From a virus, in IMG/VR virus record IMGVR_UViG_3300032024_000177, positions 1 through 7,733 of that record: DNA of 7,733 nt; one strand, given 5' to 3'. Positions 1 through 5,580 of the stretch are shown here, one piece after another (the stretch's first letter is position 1; every line of letters starts with the position of its first letter). Under the pieces are notes generated by a model. That model was not told the origin of the DNA and made no database searches. It was given only the letters and a program-made list of their open reading frames with translations. A program made the position numbers and the translations under genes.

Positions 1-55
1 ACATTATGCGAAGTCTTGATTCAATTATTTTTTAATCCCTGGCCAAGATTTTTAA
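1..55. repeat. Left copy of the exact 55-nt terminal direct repeat (circularisation overlap)
   Basis: acattatgcgaagtcttgattcaattattttttaatccctggccaagatttttaa is identical to 7679-7733. The repeat ends exactly at both window edges. Confidence 0.95.
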
Positions 56-168
56 TGTTAATTTTTTCAAGTTGAAATGAGTGGGTTTCATTTCTCATAC
101 TGACAGATCGGACAGCTCATCAAATCCTAAATCAAGTGAAGTAGAAACGGGACGTTAAAATATCCAAT

Positions 169-193
169 ATGGAAGTTAAATTTTAACTTCCAT
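169..193. repeat. Perfect 25-nt palindrome (12-bp arms around a single central T) in the intergenic region
   Basis: atggaagttaaa-t-tttaacttccat. Every position 169+n pairs with 193-n. Confidence 0.8.
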
Positions 194-267
194 TCAATCA
201 GACAAGATTATTTTTAAGATCAAGAACAGTACAATCAAAAACCTTTACCTATTACCCCTTTCCATTT

Positions 268-311
268 GGCCTGCTCGGTCGACCCGGCCTACCCGGGCCC
301 GAGGATCCCGG
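268..311. other. GC-rich, palindrome-dense island inside the AT-rich intergenic region
   Basis: ggcctgctcggtcgacccggcctacccgggcccgaggatcccgg contains GGTCGACC, CCCGGG, GGGCCC, GGATCC and several GGCC/CCGG. It can form the stems 274-278/299-303 and 283-287/293-297. Confidence 0.6.
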
Positions 312-593
312 AATACAGAATGATAAAATTCCACAGAAATTTTTTTTAATAGATAAGATCAAAATCAAAACCCGTTGCCGATGACACTATGCAAGTCTAT
401 GTCAAAGGCATCGGTGTTGAGATCATAGATCAAAAGCGGTTAACAGTAAGCGGGTTTGATATTTTGCGGCGTAGTGAATGTTGGCGTTATGGTTGTGTGC
501 AATCTTACGTTGGCTGCCAATTGACAAGCAAAACCACGTTATATTTCTTGAGTTTCAATCATAAGTGCTTGTTTTCTATCGTAGTTTATTTTA

Positions 594-631
594 CGTGAGT
601 CACAAATAAAGCTTGTTTTTCGTGAGTCACA
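594..631. promoter_or_regulatory. Two direct copies of cGTGAgTCACa, a putative operator pair. A third copy lies at 916-926.
   Basis: cgtgagtcaca occurs at 594-604 and 621-631, 27 nt apart, and the second copy sits between -35 and -10. tgtgactcaca at 916-926 is the same palindrome with perfect 5-bp arms. Confidence 0.5.
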
Positions 632-640
632 CTGTATAAT
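613..640 (+). promoter_or_regulatory. Sigma70-like promoter for the plus-strand cassette
   Basis: -35 TTGTTT (613-618), 16-nt spacer, consensus -10 TATAAT (635-640). The spacer contains one GTGAGTCAC palindrome. It lies 49 nt upstream of the first cassette ATG. Confidence 0.5.
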
Positions 641-648
641 AGACTCAT

Positions 649-667
649 GGTTTCAAAAACTGAAACC
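649..667 (+). other. 5' UTR stem-loop of the cassette transcript
   Basis: ggtttca-aaaac-tgaaacc forms a 7-bp stem with a 5-nt loop, between the predicted start site and the ORF at 689. No T-tract follows. Confidence 0.4.
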
Positions 668-688
668 CTTTAAAATCAGGCGATTATC

Positions 689-859
689 ATGAAAAATTTC
701 AAAATAACACTAAAACTAAAAGAAATTTTAACAAACGATGATTTTACTATCATTGTAAAAACTGTATCCGCAAAATCAAAAATATCTGCATTAAAAAAAA
801 TTCGATCATTCACTAACTATGATCGTTTTACCATTCAATCATGTGAGCTAAGAAAATGA
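689..859 (+). CDS. Hypothetical 56-aa Lys-rich protein (MKNFKITLKLKEILTNDDFTIIVKTVSAKSKISALKKIRSFTNYDRFTIQSCELRK). It is not in the ORF track.
   Basis: Hand translation gives an open frame of 56 codons in roughly 25-30% GC DNA, where stop codons are frequent. Its TGA overlaps the next ATG as ATGA (856-859). AGG lies 8 nt upstream of the ATG. Confidence 0.5.
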   Translation: MKNFKITLKLKEILTNDDFTIIVKTVSAKSKISALKKIRSFTNYDRFTIQSCELRK

Positions 860-1059
860 AAAATAAACCGGCGACCGCAGCAGAACGACAAGCAAAACGA
901 AAAGCAAAACTTTTATGTGACTCACAAGATAAAGAAATAATATTGATTAGACTTGAAAAAGCCTATCAAAATTATTATTCAGACGTAAACGGAATAAGAA
1001 ATTTTGTCGATGAAATAGGCGAAATATTAGAAAAATTCAGTTCAGGAATACAGCCATGA
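856..1059 (+). CDS. Hypothetical 67-aa protein with a basic N-terminus (AERQAKRKAK) and an acidic helical C-terminus. It may be a DNA-binding or antitoxin-like regulator.
   Basis: ORF-track entry. It has ATGA overlaps with both neighbours, and the third operator palindrome lies inside it. Confidence 0.7.
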   Translation: MKNKPATAAERQAKRKAKLLCDSQDKEIILIRLEKAYQNYYSDVNGIRNFVDEIGEILEKFSSGIQP

Positions 1060-1316
1060 CAACTAATGAATTAAAAAAATTGATCGAATCAGGTGATATT
1101 GAACTCATTACTTTTTTTGCTGGATTTAAAGCTATGGAAGATGAAAAACCCACTTGGGAGGTTTTCGGGTACGGCTCTAAAATCGTTTCATCATTTGGCG
1201 AATGTTTGAAAAATTCCAGTAGAAAGGAAACAAACAAGCATTATACAAGTTTGGATAGAGCTTACTCAGAAATTAAACAATTGGGTTATAAAGGGAAAAT
1301 TGAAATTGATGGTTAA
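1056..1316 (+). CDS. Hypothetical 86-aa protein, last gene of the plus-strand cassette
   Basis: ORF-track entry. AGGA lies 7-8 nt upstream of the ATG, which forms an ATGA overlap with the upstream ORF. Its stop (1314-1316) overlaps the stop of the convergent zot-like gene (1313-1315). Confidence 0.7.
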   Translation: MTTNELKKLIESGDIELITFFAGFKAMEDEKPTWEVFGYGSKIVSSFGECLKNSSRKETNKHYTSLDRAYSEIKQLGYKGKIEIDG

Positions 1317-2359
1317 TCTGTGCTTGGCGTTTTATTAGGTTTAGACGTAGCTGGATAACTTGAATTATCGGCAACTTGCAAAGGCTTTTTTTCCCTAAAT
1401 GGATTGAAATAATTTCCGGCAATGAAGTTTTTGCAAAATTCCTGACTCATGGCCACATGCACGGCTTGACGAGAGTAACACTGGCAATGATCGGGCGTTG
1501 AAACACAACCAATCAAATGAGGGATAGCCGTGACTTCGACCAAGGCGGCATAAGCCGGAGCGGAAGCCGGTAAATTCGGAATGACTGGAACAAAATCGGG
1601 AAAAGCCTTAACCGTCACCGGCACCGAATTAACAACAGTCGTCTTGGTTTTATCAACTGAATCAACTTTATCAACATCCACTGCTAACTCAGGATCAACA
1701 CGGCTAGACATACGTGCATAGACGCGATACCCCATAACGGACACAATCAGCAAAACCGCAATAAAAGCATACAAAGCGATGGGTTTACGATGCGTTTGTG
1801 TAGTATGAAAGCTCGACGACTTGTAAAGTTTAAAAATCTGCTTAGGCAGCTTGTACGGGCGCACAACGGCATCACCACGAGACCCTGTATTATCATTAAT
1901 CTCGGGCCATTCATATTCCGATCGACCAGACCACTTAGCGACCAAATGAATATGCCGCCCGATCATAGTGCGTACGCCGGTATGCAAAAGTTTTGGACTT
2001 TGCGAAATCAACCAAAAATCGAGGCCTAAATGCCTATGCGTTTGTAAACGCGAGATAGCCTCGCTTTGAGATGAGGCAGAATTTGCAGCAGGCCAAATGC
2101 GCTGCACTTCATCGGCAACAACCAAACTCCCCGAAGTGGCCCAGACCGGCCAATGCTCCAAAAAGAAAAACTTGTCATCATCAAGCACCGTGCCGCATAA
2201 ATCACACAAAGGCGACTTACAATAAACAACCTCATGGGGTATTTTCAATTCAGGAATACCATGAACAAAAATCTTGCGCTGTGACGGAAGACGCGTTAAT
2301 TCTTGCACGAGCCAAGCCGTTTTCCCAGCGCCGGGCGTGCCGGTAATTAAAGTCATCAT
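1313..2359 (-). CDS. gI: Zot/pI-family morphogenesis (assembly) ATPase
   Basis: Walker A GTPGAGKT at the N-terminus. Walker B LVVADEVQ, compared with LLVLDECG in M13 pI. One central TM helix (IALYAFIAVLLIVSVMGY). It holds the terminal position of the structural block and has an ATGA overlap with the upstream gene. Confidence 0.93.
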   Translation of the reverse strand: MMTLITGTPGAGKTAWLVQELTRLPSQRKIFVHGIPELKIPHEVVYCKSPLCDLCGTVLDDDKFFFLEHWPVWATSGSLVVADEVQRIWPAANSASSQSEAISRLQTHRHLGLDFWLISQSPKLLHTGVRTMIGRHIHLVAKWSGRSEYEWPEINDNTGSRGDAVVRPYKLPKQIFKLYKSSSFHTTQTHRKPIALYAFIAVLLIVSVMGYRVYARMSSRVDPELAVDVDKVDSVDKTKTTVVNSVPVTVKAFPDFVPVIPNLPASAPAYAALVEVTAIPHLIGCVSTPDHCQCYSRQAVHVAMSQEFCKNFIAGNYFNPFREKKPLQVADNSSYPATSKPNKTPSTD

Positions 2360-2640
2360 CCGTGAATTGACCCCGCAAAAACGCCAGCCGCCTTAATAGC
2401 CGCCTTGGACACAAAACCACCCAACATAATCCCCATACTTTCGCCAAATCCGGCAATATTAAGAATTTGCAGCGTATCAGCAGAAATACCGCCATACGAA
2501 CTTTGAATAAAGGAAACAGCGTTATTAACCAGAACATCAAAACCGGCAAAAGTGCCAATAGTAATGCCCAAAGCAAGCAGGATTCGTAAACCAAAAGAGC
2601 CGGCAATGGCAACAAGTGCCGCCTGTAATAATGCAATCAT
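2356..2640 (-). CDS. pVI/Ace-position small hydrophobic minor virion protein (94 aa)
   Basis: Strongly hydrophobic with several TM segments. It lies between the pIII-like and Zot-like genes, as gVI does in Ff and ace does in CTXphi. Its start abuts the pIII stop (TAAATG) and its stop overlaps the zot ATG. Confidence 0.7.
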   Translation of the reverse strand: MIALLQAALVAIAGSFGLRILLALGITIGTFAGFDVLVNNAVSFIQSSYGGISADTLQILNIAGFGESMGIMLGGFVSKAAIKAAGVFAGSIHG

Positions 2641-4161
2641 TTAAGCCACCGAGAAAATAATCATAAGAGCGACTATGGACGCGACAATAACCATAATCGG
2701 ACGCATTTGAGACGCAAAAGAACATACCGGATCCCAAGGGAAACTATATGGCTTACCAAACACGGTAAATGTCTTGGGTGACGGGCACGACCCGTTAGAA
2801 GAAAAACCACCAACCGGAGTAAAACCGGCATTGACTTTTGAATGAACTAAATCATCATCCGGCTTAAATACATCGGCGATTTTCATGGACTGACAACCCA
2901 ACGTGTCCGGATAACGATCACAATTAACGTCGCCCTGCCCTTTGCCTTTACCACTACCACCCGCACCATCCGCACCGCCACCCGTCGAAATCGTAGTAGA
3001 ATCACCATTTGGGGCGGTTGTCGTAGTTGAAGTGCCGCCCGGATCGCCGATCAAATTACTAGATTCGGTCTTTGTAGTCGTTGTTGTACCGTCTGGATTC
3101 CCAACCGTTGTACTGTCCTTAACGGTTTTTAAATCTGCATTAACACATTGACGGACACCGCCGTTTTGCACACATCCGGCCTTGGTTGCTGAAGTACCAT
3201 CGTTTGACACGCAAACAGGATTTCCATTGAAATACCCGCAATTTTTAGCACTGGTCTGATACGGTTTACCATTTAACGTCCCAGTGCCGGGCGTAGTATC
3301 AATGCAAATCTCGGAACCGTTGACTTTGCCACATTTGCGATTTTCTTTCGGGTTTGATGTACACGTTGTATTGCCCTTAGCATCGGTCAAGCAACCAGCG
3401 TCACCCGTACCTGAAGGACTGGCTTTAATAGCAACATCGGTCGATGCAGCCGCAACTGCAGGTTTTGCATTATTTGCCGAAGAGTTCGCTGTGTCTTGAC
3501 ATGTACCTGTAGATTTTGCGTGATAATCACAATAAATCTTGGCATCGGCGGTGCCATGAAAACAACCGCCTATAAAATCTTCGGGCGTATATTCGTAACC
3601 TATACCGCTTGAAACGGCTTGCATTTTGGAATTGCTGGATTCGGTTATAGATATCGTTATACCGGATTCGGGAGGGTTCAAAAAACTGTCATTCTCACCT
3701 TGCAAAACGGCAATATCGGCAGGCGTACCAGCAGGAGGACACACAAAAGGAGGATCAACACAAACGCCTGTAGTTGCATTACGAACTTGTGGAGCGGTGC
3801 AGGCAGGAGCATTTATGCAATTGTTACCAGATAAAACACCACCACCTGGGCAATTGCTTACTGTAGTAACCGTCACGGCCTGATAATTATCAATAGGGCC
3901 AAATGTTTTTGAAGTGTATTCAGGCGGTGAATTATACTGAGTAAAAGTGCACGCGCGACCATTAGAACCGACCGTTAAAATATTAATTGGTGGAGCAGAA
4001 CCATTGGTGCAAGCACCCGACAAAGAGCTAGAAGAAGCTGCGGCCGACCCGGTATTGATATTGGAAGTTTGATATGTTGTTGACGTGATTGCAGGGTACG
4101 TATCAGCATGTGCAAATGTTGAAGATACCGTCAAAATCAAAAACAGGATTATTTTCATCAT
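2641..4161 (-). CDS. gIII: pIII-like adsorption/minor coat protein (506 aa from the ATG at 4161; the ORF track extends to a TTG at 4197)
   Basis: Sec signal MMKIILFLILTVSSTFAHA|DT, Cys-rich N-terminal domains and a Thr/Gly linker. The C-terminus FTVFGKPYSF...hydrophobic anchor resembles M13 pIII FVFGAGKPYEF...anchor. Confidence 0.85.
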   Translation of the reverse strand: MMKIILFLILTVSSTFAHADTYPAITSTTYQTSNINTGSAAASSSSLSGACTNGSAPPINILTVGSNGRACTFTQYNSPPEYTSKTFGPIDNYQAVTVTTVSNCPGGGVLSGNNCINAPACTAPQVRNATTGVCVDPPFVCPPAGTPADIAVLQGENDSFLNPPESGITISITESSNSKMQAVSSGIGYEYTPEDFIGGCFHGTADAKIYCDYHAKSTGTCQDTANSSANNAKPAVAAASTDVAIKASPSGTGDAGCLTDAKGNTTCTSNPKENRKCGKVNGSEICIDTTPGTGTLNGKPYQTSAKNCGYFNGNPVCVSNDGTSATKAGCVQNGGVRQCVNADLKTVKDSTTVGNPDGTTTTTKTESSNLIGDPGGTSTTTTAPNGDSTTISTGGGADGAGGSGKGKGQGDVNCDRYPDTLGCQSMKIADVFKPDDDLVHSKVNAGFTPVGGFSSNGSCPSPKTFTVFGKPYSFPWDPVCSFASQMRPIMVIVASIVALMIIFSVA

Positions 4162-4162
4162 A

Positions 4163-4240
4163 TCAATAACTGCCAAAAAGAATCCAAGCCGCTCCAATTA
4201 TGGCAACAGACAGATGAATCAAATAAATATCGGAAATCAT
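4163..4240 (-). CDS. 25-aa hydrophobic peptide (MISDIYLIHLSVAIIGAAWILFGSY), a pVII/pIX-like candidate that is not in the ORF track
   Basis: Hand translation. ATGA overlap with the stop of the 107-aa ORF. Its TGA ends 1 nt before the pIII ATG at 4161. GGGG lies 3 nt upstream. Its size and hydrophobicity resemble Ff pVII/pIX. Confidence 0.45.
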   Translation of the reverse strand: MISDIYLIHLSVAIIGAAWILFGSY

Positions 4241-4560
4241 AAACCCCGCCGTAAAACTTTTATGCCCCAAACGGCAGCCCATACCGCGAGCACCATAAAA
4301 GACGATTCGGAAACATCAGCAAGTGAAAGGCCTGAAAAATTGTGCTGATAACCCACCTGGGCACAAATCGGATAGGTCCGAACCAAACTATAAGAAGTAC
4401 CGGCAGACGTATTAAAAAATAGAGTCCCCGACTGGGTATCAATCACAGAAAAAGAAACAGGAACGGCAGCACCCGATAAACCAGCCACAACCGAACCGGA
4501 AATTTCAGCCGTTGAAGCTTCGGACAATGTTGAATAGCAATAACCATTAAAATAATTCAT
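4237..4560 (-). CDS. 107-aa putative minor virion/membrane protein with a C-terminal TM helix plus a basic tail (FMVLAVWAAVWGIKVLRRGL)
   Basis: ORF-track entry. It sits between the pVIII and pIII genes and has a coat-protein-like C-terminus. I recognise no homologue. Confidence 0.6.
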   Translation of the reverse strand: MNYFNGYCYSTLSEASTAEISGSVVAGLSGAAVPVSFSVIDTQSGTLFFNTSAGTSYSLVRTYPICAQVGYQHNFSGLSLADVSESSFMVLAVWAAVWGIKVLRRGL

Positions 4561-4584
4561 AAAAAAAGGGGCGGTTAAGCCCCT
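4561..4584 (-). terminator. Rho-independent (probably attenuating) terminator directly after the major coat gene
   Basis: The minus strand reads AGGGGC-TTAACC-GCCCCT followed by a T-run (A7 at 4561-4567 on plus). This is the position of the strong terminator after gVIII in Ff phages. Confidence 0.55.
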
Positions 4585-4590
4585 AATTCC

Positions 4591-4788
4591 TTACAGTGCG
4601 CGGCGAATGTATTTGAAAGCGGCAATTGCCACAATCACACCAAGCACAACACCGGCAATCGTAACGCCGTCAGTCGATGCGGTATTAAGAGCGGCGGTAA
4701 CGTCTGCAGGTACAGCGGCAACCGAAACACCAACCGAAGCAAGGAAAGCGACGGCGGAATAACCTATTTTACGAAATAATTTTTTCAT
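4591..4788 (-). CDS. gVIII: Major coat protein precursor (pVIII-like, 65 aa)
   Basis: The signal peptide MKKLFRKIGYSAVAFLASVGVSVAA is followed by a mature peptide of about 40 aa. That peptide has an acidic N-terminus (PADVTAALNTASTD), a hydrophobic core and a basic C-terminus (KYIRRAL). AAGG RBS lies 7 nt upstream. Confidence 0.85.
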   Translation of the reverse strand: MKKLFRKIGYSAVAFLASVGVSVAAVPADVTAALNTASTDGVTIAGVVLGVIVAIAAFKYIRRAL

Positions 4789-4844
4789 GATTTTACCTTT
4801 GTTTAAATGTCCATAACGGACGTTGAATGGAGTCGAAACCCCGG

Positions 4845-5180
4845 TTATGCCTTATTGAATAAAGGCTTTTTTTCTTCAATTGCCGGAAGATCAACAACTT
4901 TTGAAGTCTGTATTTTTTCAGGTTGATGAATAGGGATGATTTCTTCATCCACCAACAACTGAAAAAATGTTTGTCCGTTCATCATGCCCTCACGAACGGG
5001 AATCATGGCATCACCACCAACCAACTCTTTAAGCTGATTAATTTGAGATGCAGAGGCATTTTTTAAGTTCATGTTCAAGGTGCGCGGTTTAAATTCCTGC
5101 ACTTTTGCGCGTATACGCGGGTTTCCCTCGTTGTCGTTATCTTCAAGAATTTCGAGTATTTTTAAGTGTGAATGAGCCAT
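4845..5180 (-). CDS. Putative ssDNA-binding protein (pV position, 111 aa)
   Basis: Assigned by position only, immediately after gene II and before gVIII. AAAGG RBS lies 8 nt upstream. I see no sequence similarity to M13 pV. Confidence 0.5.
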   Translation of the reverse strand: MAHSHLKILEILEDNDNEGNPRIRAKVQEFKPRTLNMNLKNASASQINQLKELVGGDAMIPVREGMMNGQTFFQLLVDEEIIPIHQPEKIQTSKVVDLPAIEEKKPLFNKA

Positions 5181-5199
5181 TGTTTATGCCTTTAGGTAG

Positions 5200-5580
5200 T
5201 TAAGCGACTAAGCGCAATTGAGGTTGTGGTGTGTAAATATGCTTTGAAGCGGGTTGAACGTAGTTTTCAGGAAATTGAGCGCAAAAATTCACTTCAATGA
5301 AGCGAACAAAAGGAATGATCTGGGCGCCGTCATTAAGGCCGTTCATATTTTGCAGGGCAGCGCGGGATAAACCACACTCGGTTAGCATTTTTATATGACG
5401 ATCAAAAGTACATTGACTCATTGATTCGCGAGCAATTAACCAACCGTCCCGCTGAATATCGTTATAAGTACGAAAAACTGAATCAGCCAGAACCGTTGAA
5501 ACTTTGCCGGTTTTTTTGGATGTTTTAGAAAATTGAACGCGTAAAGCGTGTTTTATGTCATATGTATTGAGTGTTTTCAT
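5200..5580 (-). CDS. Possible pX-like protein from an in-frame internal start of gene II (126 aa, MKTLNTYDIK...)
   Basis: The ATG at 5580 aligns with the M13 pX start (MNIYDDSAVLD). AAGGG lies about 7 nt upstream. Confidence 0.4.
   Translation of the reverse strand: MKTLNTYDIKHALRVQFSKTSKKTGKVSTVLADSVFRTYNDIQRDGWLIARESMSQCTFDRHIKMLTECGLSRAALQNMNGLNDGAQIIPFVRFIEVNFCAQFPENYVQPASKHIYTPQPQLRLVA

Noticed and set aside
1-55. The 55-nt terminal repeats read as attL/attR of an integrated prophage, or as biological terminal repeats
   Set aside because: The repeats end exactly at the window edges and no host DNA is present. XerCD-type integration would not duplicate 55 nt beyond the core site, and inovirus genomes are circular. 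A circular overlap is the simplest reading, although a tandem prophage array cannot be excluded from this window alone.
148-157. 10-mer acgggacgtt, also present as its reverse complement at 6477-6486 next to the origin
   Set aside because: Dozens of 10-mer coincidences are expected among all position pairs on both strands of 7.7 kb, and the match does not extend.
389-598. 69-aa plus-strand ORF in the large intergenic region
   Set aside because: There is no Shine-Dalgarno sequence before the ATG, and the ATG lies inside the repeated gatgacaYtatgc motif. The residue composition is Cys/Trp-rich and implausible for a real protein. There is no coupling to neighbouring genes, and the region is more likely structured non-coding DNA.
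594-631. TGTGA/TCACA arms read as CRP binding sites
   Set aside because: The CRP consensus has a 6-nt spacer between TGTGA and TCACA. Here the arms are separated by a single base, so a phage-encoded dimeric regulator is more plausible.
1037-1237. 66-aa minus-strand ORF antisense to the cassette genes
   Set aside because: It lies entirely antisense to two ORFs that are supported by ATGA coupling and an RBS. It has no start context and is a low-complexity hydrophobic translation.
1382-1393. 12-mer aaggcttttttt shared with 4862-4873; both encode EKKPL near a protein C-terminus
   Set aside because: It is a low-complexity 12-mer for which a few chance matches are expected. The match does not extend on either side.
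1790-2737. Nested or antisense ORFs inside the zot-like and pVI-like genes (1790-2029+, 2026-2235-, 2071-2346+, 2250-2636-, 2537-2737-)
   Set aside because: All overlap genes with strong motif support (Walker A/B, TM topology). Their translations are low-complexity or Arg/Cys-rich, as is typical of off-frame reads.
2942-4442. Antisense or off-frame ORFs inside the pIII-like and 107-aa genes (2942-3151+, 3284-3499+, 3619-3834+, 3626-3883+, 4085-4348+, 4260-4442-)
   Set aside because: These are shadow ORFs of a long GC-richer gene. For example, the PPAP/VVVV runs mirror the Gly/Thr linker on the other strand. None has a start context.
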